64,000 nt of DNA, taken from NCBI RefSeq assembly GCF_009914755.1, contig NC_060929.1; one strand, written 5' to 3'. Positions 28,774-41,744 of this stretch are shown one piece after another. The position numbers were made by a program, and so were the translations under genes. This DNA comes from the human T2T-CHM13v2.0 reference genome, Homo sapiens. Every line of letters begins with the position of its first letter. Position 1 is the stretch's first letter. The notes beneath the pieces were generated by a model that was not told where the DNA came from, ran no database searches, and saw only the letters and a list, made by a program, of their open reading frames with translations.

Positions 28774-29430
28774 CTAAATGTTTGAGAAAACCTGCTTGGA
28801 CATCTAAATAATTATAGTTAACAATCATATATAACTCCTGCTTCTCTCTCCTCTTCATAAAAAAGAATGCCCCTGTCTCCAGCATTTGGTTTCAAACAAG
28901 AATATCTCAATTGTTTATTTTCTAGATTGCCAATTTAGATTACCACTTAGTCCAGTATGTGTTTAAAATATATATGTGCTGGACTGTGCCTTGGTAATAG
29001 TTTCAGGAAGAATTGCTCATTCAAAAGCAGGCAACTCACTTGCTGATTGCCTTTGCCAGCAGATAATGACATCACTAGCTGGAATAATATCAAAGACATT
29101 CAGAAACTATGAATATAACATTACTTTTGAACTGTCAGATTTTAAAAATACAGCTGTTAGTAACAGGGACACAGAGTACAAGAGGAGAAATTTTCACAGA
29201 CATACAAAATTGCCCTTTATATTTTTCTACACCAATTGTGGTGTTTATATAACAGTTAATATTAGGGAGTCTACAAATTTTGAAAATCACTCTTCCATAA
29301 ATATGAAAGTACATAAAAATTCCATTATGCTAAGGTACTCTACACTGTTGTTTACTGACAAAATGCTTGAGATCCTTTATTTAACACATAGAATTTAAAA
29401 TATATTCTTGCTGTTTCTGTTGTGTCTTAG

Positions 29431-29649
<219 letters not shown>

Positions 29650-30681
29650 TAATGGGATTTTTGTATTTATTCCTAATACATCAGTAATACTTTTTTTTTT
29701 TTTTTTACTGTGTACAATATCTAGCATGGAACAATGCTCTTTTATATAAATCTGCCATTAAGATGGCTGTTTCTCACAACACTGTGTCTGCTAGAGACTC
29801 TCTTTGTAAGGGCATGGTAGGGCAGTGCTGATGGGACAGCCGATGAAGACAATGGTCAATGTAGATGTGCCAGGACAAAAATGTTTCCATGTGCTTTGTT
29901 CCTTTTCTGTTACATAGATTTGGAAAATGAGGGTACTACCTCTGGTTTGGGTTTTTTTTGTTTGTTTGTTTCTTCATTTCATATTGAGCTACTACAAGAG
30001 TGCTCTTATGCAATAACTTCTTTGTTCACTTATTTTCTCTGTATTTTGCTCCTTGCCCATTTTAAAGGTCTTCATGGAAATTTGCCTTAAAATCCATGGC
30101 AATGAAACATTGGTTCACTGTATTTGTCTAAATCATGTTACTTCTTTGCAGATTTTTCCTTGAGTTTTCAATGGTGACTGGCTGTTGAGGATAACGAGTT
30201 ATGGCATTCCCTATTCTGCCTTAGGTAGAGGATGTCAAGTAGCTAATTACTTTGGAACTCGATCTTTCCTAAAAAACAAAAAAAAAAAGTCTTCAGAATT
30301 GTTATGCCAGGCAAACTGGCAAAGCTTCTTTCTTCACATTCTTTGATGATCTCTAGTCTCAGGGAACATGCGCCTTTTCTCCAACTAGGGAGAGAAACCA
30401 CCAGAGAATTCTTTTCCCCTTAGGCTACATCCAAATCCAGTTGACCCTGTCCTTGTGAGGACACACTGAAAGACTGTTGTTTCTACATCTTAACAATAGA
30501 AATTTAAAAGCACTTTCTCAGTTTCCCTGATTTGATTGATAATAGGAAACAGAAAGACAAAATGGGAATGAGACACAACTGAAAAAAAGTAGACCATTTT
30601 GATTGAGCGTCAAGGGGCTGGGAAAATGCAGAAAAATTAGAATATGAAAATGTACAGAAAGGAAAGATAATTATTTAGAGT

Positions 30682-30935
30682 TATGGCTTTCAAACTTTTT
30701 TTGAGTGTGACTCACGATAATAACTACATTTTGCTTTTTGACCCAGTGCACATAAATATATACATATAAAAATAAGGCAAAGTTTCACAAGATAATTCTT
30801 ATTACATGTGATGCACTGTGATGGTTTCTCATCAATTCCATTCTACCCTAATCTCTTTCAATGAAAAAAAAATGCTGGCTATACTCAGTCTGTTGATTTC
30901 ATGACTGGGTCACAATCCGTACTTAGAACATTTGA
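30682..30935. mobile_element. hAT-Charlie-like DNA transposon relic
   Basis: ctttcaaactttttttgagtgtgactcac...tgacccagt...tacatgtgatgcact...tgggtcacaatcc. Confidence 0.45.
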
Positions 30936-33211
30936 TTTAGAGGTGATAGGAATCTACAGGCCAGCCAGACTGAATTTCTGTGCCTCCCTTTTCCCCTGGC
31001 CTCTTTCCCCTGTGCCTTTAGAAACAGAACACTCTAATTGTTTATGAGTCTGGAGTCCCAGCTGCTTCTGAAGAACTCAGCTGTCTTGTGCTCTGTGTAC
31101 AAGTCATTTTTAAGTGGCTTTGGTCTCTCAACAGCTCTCCCGGTGTCATTTACCAATAAACCAGATTATGAGCTTGGCTGGCCTTAAGGAAAATACATAA
31201 GGTCTTCCAACTAATTGTGTACTTTTAATTTTTAATAACATGGGCTAAGATATGATAGAAACAATCTGTAAAAATAATTTAAAAGAAAAGTTACATAGTT
31301 ACATTTGATAGTTCAACAGAATACAGTGTCATTTCTAAATCTCCTTTTAAGTAAGCAAGTAACCTAAAACTGGCAAAAATGAAGCCCACTTCAGCTAGGG
31401 GAGGGGGAGATCAATTGCCTGAAATGACATTTCAGATTATTTCTAACCTAACTACACCATGGATTAAAGGTGACAGGTTGAAGAGCCCAAACACTCCAAG
31501 AAGTCTCTATATTTAAATATGACATCATTTTATAAGGAACTTTACAGATTACAAATGTCTTCTATATCATCTTTGTTGCTACACTACACCAAAAGCAGTG
31601 TTTTGACTAGACTATTTCTTATTTTTTTCATGAGATATTTAAAAAGGCTTTATTTCTTTGTTGCTCGGGAAATCTCCATTTCCTGTCAACATGTATCTTA
31701 AGATGACAAGTAGCTGTGATTATGAAATTTCTGTTTGCCAAGGACAGTGCCATCTATTGAGGCAAGTATGCCAAGGACTTGCTTAGTACATCAGAAAATA
31801 GTCTACTGTCTCCATTTCCCGTTGAGCACTGGGAGAAAATGCCAACATTTCTAACCAGAGGCTGCACAGTGGTTAGAGTGGCTGGCCCAAACACCCATGA
31901 ACAGTCCAGGGAGAAGTTTGAAGCAAGAAGCCCAGGAGAATATAGTGGTCTATTACCATGATGCCACTGCAGCAGGAAGAACATCACATAGCGTCCTTCT
32001 GTCTGTTCTCAGCTGAAGGCAGAATAGCGGCAGGGCAGGTGCTGAAAATAATGCAGGTTTCCGTTGCTGCATTCTTATTGATCTTGCAGATAAGTGAGAA
32101 AACACCTGAAAGCATTGTGGACTGAAAATACATGTTTAAATTAAAGTTAAAATGCATCTCAGTCATTTAAATTACAGGGCAATTCACACAAGAGATTAAA
32201 ATGATATATTTGAATTCTTCACTGCCGCGTCTAATCTAGTCCTACAAAGGTAATTACTGATGTATTTGTTCACAATTTTATCCATGTAAATAACTAACAA
32301 ATAGTTACATTCACAAATTTGATTATTCTCTTGCCTCAACGAAAGGGCAGACTGACTTTCTTAAGTGCTATTTTTAACTTATCTGCAAGGCCAAATAAAT
32401 CAGTAACCCCTAGTGCAAGCAAATAAATCAACATTCCATCAATTCCCTCAGGAAATTGTGGCTTTGGGTTTGTGAATATTTTGAGAATAATTTGAGAGTA
32501 GCAGACTGCCATGGAATGCTCTGAATTATCTCTGCATTTCAGTAAAGAGCTTCAAAATGGGTACAGGATCTTTTAAAAATGTATGATTGAATGGCATGTG
32601 GGCAGCCCTATCACAAAGACCCCTCTGGATCTGTGAGTGATACTTACCACCAGTAATTAGAGCAAATAAATGCATACTAAAATACCTAAACCCTTTATCA
32701 CACAATGAAATTCTGACAGAATCTATGGCCTGAATATGGGTGGGACTGATGGAGTTGAGAAACCTCTTTAAATATGTGAATGAAATTTTTTTCAGTCCCA
32801 TAACATATTAAGGGAGTTTAGCCTAAGGGCTCAGCAGGGTTCCCAAGGCATGAATTTGGACAGGAATTTCCTACTGTAGTACATCCAACTTGAGCCTTGT
32901 GGACCCAAAGCACCATAGGATCCACAACATGCTACAGTATAAGAATGGAGATTTCTCAACCCCTCTGGCGAGGACAGGGCTGCTAATGAACAAGAATTTG
33001 AGACATGAGCCCTTTGACTATTTTTCTCTGTCTTCTACCCAGGCCTACCTAGAAATTTTGGGTTGAGAAATGTATGGCTGAAAATGCCCTAAGATGTTTG
33101 AAGTTCTGGTTGGTAAGACCACAAGCTCTACCAGGTATCTGTATTCTGCAAGTCAGTAGTGCATGAAAAGGCATTGTTACTTATTTACAGTGATATTTTC
33201 CTATGTTATAG

Positions 33212-33285
33212 CTACAGCTGACCAGTCAGCAGCTTCATTTGAAATGGAAATGTCTCAGACTGGCTTCAGTGCTCATTATTCACAG
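33212..33285 (+). CDS. ITGA1: ITGA1 exon 10 (74 nt): ATADQSAASFEMEMSQTGFSAHYSQ
   Basis: ttatag|CT acceptor, CAG|gtatgt donor; keeps frame between exons 9 and 11. Confidence 0.95.
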
Positions 33286-33769
33286 GTATGTTGACCAGTT
33301 GGTGAAAAATGAAATATATGTTTGCAAGACTTCCCTTCCCAAAACCAACATCTAGCCATCAGTATGTAAGTGCAACGTGCAGTTCATAGCTTGAACAATT
33401 ATGCAGGCTATGATGATGTTTTCTAATTCAAATAGGAAAATATCCTTTCACAAGCTTCTTATTAAGAAAATATGTTCTCTCACACAGTTCACTACATTGT
33501 ACTAATAGTTGTGAATCAGACAGTGTGAGCTTTGCCTTGTAATTATGTATCTGTCTAAATGAAATAATTTAACATATTTGCTACAGATGTGGAATATTTT
33601 TCCACAGTGTCAAGGAATTCAAGGGTCTTATTAGAATTCCATGTTCAAGACCTAGGATGCTGGGCACCCAGAATAAAGTAGAAAGACAAGATTAGAAAAT
33701 ATATCATTTGCAGTTAATGAAAGAAAAGGCATAATGGTCCTTGCAAAAGAATATTGACATTTCCATGTG

Positions 33770-33975
33770 CAATTTTACTGTATAACTTGGGTAAGTTATT
33801 TGTGCCTTGATTTCCTTTTCTGTAAAACAGGTATGGTAGCAATAGCATCTAACTCATAGAGTTATCATGAGGATTATATAAGCTAACAAATGTAAAGCAC
33901 TTTGAACAGTATACCTATACACATTGTTAATGGTGTTTAAGTATTTCCCCTTATTATTTTTATTAAATATTATTA
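33770..33975 (+). mobile_element. MIR ending just upstream of exon 11
   Basis: aacttgggtaagttattt...tttccttttctgtaaaacagg...aactcatagagttatcatgaggatta...tgtaaagcactt, (tta)-rich tail. Confidence 0.75.
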
Positions 33976-33996
33976 TCTTATTTATTTGCATGTAAG

Positions 33997-34141
33997 GACT
34001 GGGTCATGCTTGGAGCAGTAGGAGCCTATGATTGGAATGGAACAGTTGTCATGCAGAAGGCTAGTCAAATCATAATCCCTCGAAACACAACCTTTAATGT
34101 TGAGTCTACCAAAAAGAATGAACCGCTTGCTTCTTATTTAG
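33997..34141 (+). CDS. ITGA1: ITGA1 exon 11 (145 nt): DWVMLGAVGAYDWNGTVVMQKASQIIIPRNTTFNVESTKKNEPLASYL
   Basis: tgtaag|GAC acceptor, TTAG|gtaagg donor; FG-GAP-type GAVGAYDWNG motif. Confidence 0.96.
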
Positions 34142-36419
34142 GTAAGGTTTGGATATAATTATAAAAGAGTTGTTTTACTTTTCCATTTTTTACCTTTAGC
34201 ATTATTTGCTTATGTTTCTATAGGCTTGCAACCATATAGCAGGATTATTTCAACGAGTTGGGTATTTTCCAGAACCCATGCAAAGTTTTAGGCCTCTGAG
34301 CAGCTTTAGTTAGTCAAAATGACATACATGGGGGTCCTTTTTTGTTAGTAGGGCTGTCTAATGCAGGGAATGGTTTAGGTTGATATGTGCCCTTTCTGAT
34401 ATGTTCAGTTTCTCTGTGTCTGGTATCAACTTTAACTTCAAGGAGAACTTTGAACCTGGTGGACAAGAAATGAGAGTAGAAAAGGAAACCTCGACTTCTC
34501 CTATATCCTGAAAACCAAACTCATATTGTCTTAAATGTCTTCTATCATTAATTTCTCTCTATGGGTCCTAATTTGGGAAAAGAAAAATGTATTTTGTCAT
34601 GTAACTTCTTCTTTAATAGCTCCATTCACAATCAGACAAATATTGAACTTAAACCCAGTGATATAACATGATCTTGTTTCCCAGTGTCTTGCCAGAAATG
34701 AGGAGTTGTATGTCTGGTACCACTTTATTTGGGATCTATACCAAGCTGAGCAACACCTGGGGGATGCCAGGGAACTCTCCCCTCACTGAAAAAAGATATT
34801 CACCAACAGTTGGGAGGACCTAAAATAAAAAGGACCATCAGGATATGGCTTCCCAGCTCTTACTCACTCAACAAATATTTGGGGGATCCTCTTTTGCCCC
34901 AGGCATTGATCTTAGTGCTGGGAATAAAGTGATAAAGAAAACACATACCTTGGCCTGGAAGCATTCACAGCTTCACGTGTTAGCCTTCCTCTCTGGGATC
35001 TTTCTGTCCCGGAGACAAGTCTTTTTCTCTCTGTCCCAGTTGCTTTCTATTTTACCAGGAAGGTGGCAGGTCTTTACTGCGGTGTTTATACATCTCCTTA
35101 TTGAAGGACACCTATTAAAGCTGTAGGAGCAGCAGGACTTAAGAAGAATAAAAGGACTAGAGTTTTAGATGACTAAAAATGTAACAGTCAACAGCAGCTG
35201 CACTGTGACTGCTAAAATCTCTTAAGACATGTAGAACTGCATGAATGAAAGTCCAGTCTGTTTCTCATAGAAATCCTGTTACATTCCACTCTGGTCAGAC
35301 AACAGCTAGAGTATCTGGTTGTTCTAAGTATCACATACTACAAGGAGAAAATGACAAACTAGGATGTGCCAGTAAAATATTACACAGAAAAGTCAGCTAC
35401 CGAAGCAATTCCCTGCTACAAGTCTCACTCTCTCCAAAACTTAAAGAAATTGAAGGTTAGAAAACAAAGTGTGCATTGCATGTATTTTAGGTATTTGGAG
35501 GATTGTGATATAAAATATAGGGGTTAGGCTTAAAATTCATTTCAAATTTTAGCATTAAAAGAGATCCTATGGAGCATGTAGTCTTAATTTCCAATCAAGA
35601 AACTGAGAGATAGAACAATTATGTCCCAGCTGCCTATGGCAGGTGTGAAACCACAATTGAGGCTTCTTGATTCTTATGTCAGTGTTTATATCACGATACC
35701 AAAATAACTGATTCTGGGTTGATTAAGAAAGCACTGCACAAATATTGAGTACCAGCAATGTGCCAAACACTGAGTTTATAGGGAATAAAAAGATAGATGG
35801 GGCAGGTCAGTTCCTACACTGATAAACCTTACTTTTTTGGGTGAGAGACAATAATGAAACAAGCAATCACTATCAGTATGATATGTGCTATGACACAGAA
35901 TACCTAAAAAAGAGGGCTGGGGATTAGATTAGATATCTTCTAAAAGTTCATTACATCCTAAGGTTCTATGAGACTGTTTATGTGAAATACCTTGGAATCA
36001 AGAACCAGCTTAACCTGAGGCTTCTGTTATATGTAGAATAAATATAGAACATTTATCTTCCTATATAATGGATGACATATAAATTAGTAAAACTCCTTAT
36101 GAAAGGCATTTGACAATGTGTTTACAGAGCTATAAAAAATGTTCGTACCACATTTATACAGAAATTTCACTTCTGTGGACCTAACCTAGGGAAAAAAATC
36201 CAATATTTAAGAATGCCAAGTGAACAATGATTTCCATTGTATTATTATTTATGTTATTGGGGGAAATGCCATTATCCTAAATGCCCGAAAATATGCAGGT
36301 AGTTAAGTAAATAGTAAATCCACTTAATGAATATTACACACCCATAAAAATAAAAATTATAAAGCTGCTGATTCTATGATACTAAAGACTTGAAGCAGTT
36401 ATGGTACAAGGTGTACAAT

Positions 36420-36650
36420 TAGCGATAGCGATGAGGTCATAGAGACTTGAGCTTGTTTTCTGATTCTGCCCCTGGCTATGGCTTTAGGCAAATTACTCTC
36501 CCCCTCAAAGCCTCAATTTTCCTATTTCTAAAATGGAAATAATTACACCATATATATCATTTGGGTTGTTAGATTAAGTAATGACTATATTTAGTACTGT
36601 GCCTGACACACAGTTAACACTCAATGGGTGTTGTCTATTATTTTATTATG
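36420..36650 (+). mobile_element. MIR
   Basis: ttaggcaaattact...gcctcaattttcctatttctaaaatgg...gtgcctgacacacagttaacactcaat. Confidence 0.7.
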
Positions 36651-36714
36651 TAAATGTTATTATGTATTTTTTTATTATGTAATGTTATATAATAAACATT
36701 CCTCTTATTAGTAT

Positions 36715-37203
36715 TGTGGTAGGCAGAATAATGATCCCCAAAGATGTCCATGTCCTAATCCCTGGACCCATACTTTGCATGGCAAAAGGGACTTTTCAGA
36801 TATGATGAAATTAAGGATCCCGAGTTGGAAGATTATCCTCAGATATCTGGCTGGACCTGATACAATCAAGCATTCTAAAAATCAGACAACCTCTCCTGGA
36901 TGTGGCCAGAGGGAGACAGAACTATGGAAAAATGGTCAGAGAGATGCAGTGTTGTTGGCTTTAAAGATGGAGGGGGGCCACAAGCCAAAAACTGTAGATG
37001 GCTCTAGAGCTACAAAGGGCAAGAAAACCGATTCTCCTTGATAGGCTCCCGAAAGGAACACTGACCTGCCAATATCCTGATGTTTAGTCCAGGAAGCTCT
37101 ATGCCAGACTTCTAATAAACAGAATGGTAAGATAAAAAGTTCATGATGCTTTAAGCCACCAACTTGTGGTAATTTGTTACAGCAGCAGTAGAAAACTCAT
37201 ACA
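36715..37203 (+). mobile_element. MLT1D-like MaLR solo LTR
   Basis: TGtggtaggcagaataatg...ccccaaagatgtcca...tggcaaaagggactt...tttaagccac...aatttgttacagcagcagtagaaaactcataCA. Confidence 0.88.
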
Positions 37204-38326
37204 TAATACAAAATAATAATAGTAGCTGACATTAGTACTATTACTAATAAGTATTGAGTATTTACAAATTTAAAGACACTGTGTGAAGTCCACAAAGATG
37301 TGTATGATATTGTTGCCACTCTTAGGAAGCCCACACATTTTAATTGATAACACTGTAGTTTTTGGTATTCTTAATTATATGTGATTAAATTCCTTTAAAG
37401 TAAATAAACTCTTAAGAATCCTAAATTTGTCATTCCCAAAAACCTTTGGTTAAACGTTGCTTAAAGCAGATGTGGAGAATTCAACTTAAAGATGCCACTG
37501 CAAGTAAGAAAATATTAAGAATCTTATTTCTGAGCACAGTATTTATAATATATGACTTCTCTCTGTCCAAAAAGGAAATTTTTGGGTATGTTTTCTACAG
37601 TGTGCTGAGATTTTCTTTTCTGTTTCAGAAATTATTTCATTAGCTTACTCACAAGTGAGGGTATATGACATTTTGCCAACATAAAGTCTAATACATGTAA
37701 GATTTCTTTCAAAATAGAAAAGCATTCAGAAAAGGCAGGACAAATACCTTGTGTTTTTTTTCACCCAAAATAATATTCTAAATCTGAAATGAAGTTTTCA
37801 AAATGTTTCTTTGTGGGGGTCACAAATTGAGAAGAGACTGAGTGTATTTTTTCATAAACTGTGTGGATTGCAAGTTGTAAGGCTATGAAAAATCTTATGA
37901 AGGAAGCAGAGGCAGAGGCTCTGTTAGAAAAATCCCATGCTTATCAATAAGGATCAGGAAACTGTAAGAACTCAAGCTGTCAAACATCTGTCTCAGGACA
38001 TAGTCCTACCCCATCTTTCTATTACCCAAACTGCCTTATGCCAATACAGGCATTGCAAGTGAATTTGGTGGTGAAAATACAGCTGGGATTATGTTCCCCT
38101 GCCTCCTCCACCCACAGTTTGCTGAATTCTATTCCTGCCATACAGCTTCCAAAGGAGAAGGAAAGATGTGAGGCAATGTCATGGCATCAAGACAGATCAT
38201 ACCTGTTTCCCATTACCTCACTAGATCCTGGCCCTTTTCCCAAGAAGTGAATTATGAGAGCTGACAGAATTCATTCTTCATAAATCCATGCAAAGGGCTA
38301 TGCCATCCATTTTAGCCTTTTTTTCC

Positions 38327-38633
<307 letters not shown>

Positions 38634-38968
38634 CTTTTCTTCCATCTTATTCTTTTCTTTTTCAGGAAACACTATTAAGCTTAAATATTTATAATTATTT
38701 TCCTTCTTTTAAAATTAGGCTTTACTTGGCTCTGGCTCTCTTTTTCTTTTCTTCTTTCTTGTCTTTAGACACCCAAGCCTCAATTAGTAACTACGCTAAC
38801 TGGTAGTTACTGTCCCTGAGATTATTTCAGCTAATATTTTTAGTTATCAAGTATAAGTCATCAAAGAGAGTTAACTAAATAATCTCACAACTCCTAGCCT
38901 CAAACATAATTTTTAACTCATTTTTAAAGGAGGCCTTTTATCAAGTTACATTCACAGCTCTGCAAATT

Positions 38969-39000
38969 ACACACACACACACACACACACAAACACACAC
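38969..39000. repeat. (AC)n microsatellite, about 16 units with one interruption
   Basis: direct reading. Confidence 0.95.
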
Positions 39001-39631
39001 GTACTAACACTCTCATTCTACTCCCTTCTTTATATTTCTTAGCAGAGTGGCATGAAATAAAACAGCCTTCATTTTGCACATTCTTCTTTTCCATTTTATG
39101 TATGTATAAACATGGCCTGAAAGATTCATTTTAAAACAATATTGTGGTTAGTAATACAAACATGTAACACATTACATGTTCGAAAAAATATTTTAGATTC
39201 TATTATGTATAATAATAAAAAACCCTCAAAGAAAGATGAAGGAATGAGAATGTGAGGAATATTCATAAAGGATAATATGCCTGAGGAATAGTGTTCCTTT
39301 AGCACTTGTAAGAATAAACATACTGTATAAAAACTTTTGTTCCTTTTTAACATTTTTGAAAGAAAGTCAAACCTACTTTACAGTAAAATACTTGGTAAGT
39401 GAGTTAGAAAAATGATCTTTTTCTCAGTGAGAAGTGCTATTCTGTGGCATTTTGAAAAATAATCTTACTTCTGCTCCACTGAAGAAATCTGGTTATTAAA
39501 AGAGTTATTCCTTTTATAAAATCAAAATCTGCATGTGGCAATTTTTATTCATTGATATGGCTCTCTTCTCAAAACACAAAGAACAAATCTAACTTTTCAC
39601 TCAAAAATTAATCTTAAAGACACAATTTATG

Positions 39632-40280
39632 CTCTTCCTGTAAGCAGCCTGAGATGATCTCTTAAAATGGTTTACTATTCACTTGACCCAGAACAACCCA
39701 AAAAATCATTCAAATCAAGAGATTGAAATCTTCGTGTTCACTTTAAGAACATCCATGAAGCTACCCAGGCAATCAAGGGTTATGTATATCTGAAAAGCCA
39801 CCAAGTATCTGAAAGATGTGACTTTACAGAAGCAGTGTGTGCCGTTCCATCATTGCAATGGTGGAGCTGGTAGATGTGTCCAAAGCCAAACCGTGGAGCT
39901 GGACAGAGGGTTTATGGCCCCAAAAGAGTGCTGAAAGTTTGTTGCACATGCATACAAATGTAAAAAGCAGTGCTGATCTTAAAGGTTTGTATGTAGAGTC
40001 TCTTGATCATTGTGTACATCTAGGTGGGCGAAGCACCCAAGATACACTGGCTCTGTTTACAGGGCTCATGGTCAGATTAACCCATACGTGACCTCCACCC
40101 CCACTATCGCACCCACCGCACTGAAATGATGCTTACTGAAATAGAACAAATTTTTCTAAGCCAGAGGAGGAGGTTGCATAGAAGAAAAAGGTATTCCAGA
40201 AGAAACCGAAGAAACAAAAATAATGACCCAGGAATAATTTCAATATAAAATATATGCAAATAAAATCAAAAGTAGAAAAA
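39632..40280 (+). pseudogene. Processed pseudogene of ribosomal protein L17 (uL22), intronless and disabled
   Basis: 5' ctcttcc pyrimidine start and UTR ...taagcagcctgag...aaaATG (ATG 39667) reading MVYYSLDPEQPKKSFKSRD*NLRVHFKN..QAIKG; later [55 protein letters not shown]; end codon TAA 40235-40237; A-rich tail; partial aaagaca TSD; premature TGA 39724-39726 and frameshifts. Confidence 0.93.
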
Positions 40281-40331
40281 AGACAATCAAAATTTTAAAG
40301 AGCATGGAAGCTCAATTAAAATAGAGGAGAG

Positions 40332-40785
<454 letters not shown>

Positions 40786-41521
40786 TCATGAAATTGTCTT
40801 TCATATGGCGGTTCATAGAACAAAGTAGTACAAATTTTCTGGAAACAATTTTCTAGACACTATAAGAACCATTAAAAACGTGATCCAGTGATCTATTCCT
40901 TGAAATGTACTGTCAAAAAATCCAGAAGAGGGACAAATTTAAATGCTCCAAGGTGTCTTTGAAATCTGAAGCATAATACCAAAAATATTAAAACCACCTG
41001 AATTCTAGTGTTTTATCGGGAAATGGCCATGTAATATAAATGCAATGTCTTTATGCTTTAACCAAGAGAAATCATCTTCAATTATTTAAAATTACAATTT
41101 TAAAAGCTAGTAGCAGCACAGAAAAGGTTTACATTTTCTATGATTCCAATTATATGAAAAGTGTTAATTTCTGTAGTGCAGACACATATATCCAAATGAA
41201 ATACAATTGATTTATTACAAATTGGGGTGGGGATGTGCAATTTTTTATGTGTGTCATCATTGTTATATCATTTGTGATTTTAAATAATGAAAAACTCAGA
41301 TTGGGGGAAAATAACTTCTCAGGAGAAAGCAGTTGTGGTAGATAGAGAGCATATTAAAAGCTTCCACCAAAACAAATTCTTACGTGCATTGAAGAAAAAA
41401 TATTATTTTCAAAATATAACCATATAAAAATGATTAACTTGGCCATTTAAAAAGAGTCTTAATTTATTACATGAAGCCTTTAAGGGTCCAGGTGGTATAC
41501 CTGGAATCTTTCTTTTGTTAG

Positions 41522-41667
41522 GTTACACTGTAAACTCTGCTACTGCTTCTTCTGGAGATGTGCTCTATATTGCTGGACAGCCTCGGTACAATCATACAGG
41601 CCAGGTCATTATCTACAGGATGGAAGATGGAAACATCAAAATTCTCCAGACGCTCAGTGGAGAACAG
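41522..41667 (+). CDS. ITGA1: ITGA1 exon 12 (146 nt): GYTVNSATASSGDVLYIAGQPRYNHTGQVIIYRMEDGNIKILQTLSGEQ
   Basis: ttgttag|GT acceptor, CAG|gtaaac donor; overlaps ORF 41515..41742. Confidence 0.97.
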
Positions 41668-41744
41668 GTAAACTTGAAAAATATTCTTTTATTTAAATTA
41701 ATCTATTCATACTCTATGTATATTTACTGTCTATTGTCCTAAAC

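Noticed and set aside
28976-29398. 140-aa ORF ending just before exon 9
   Set aside because: GTG start, no recognisable domain, stops before the exon 9 acceptor; a chance intronic ORF.
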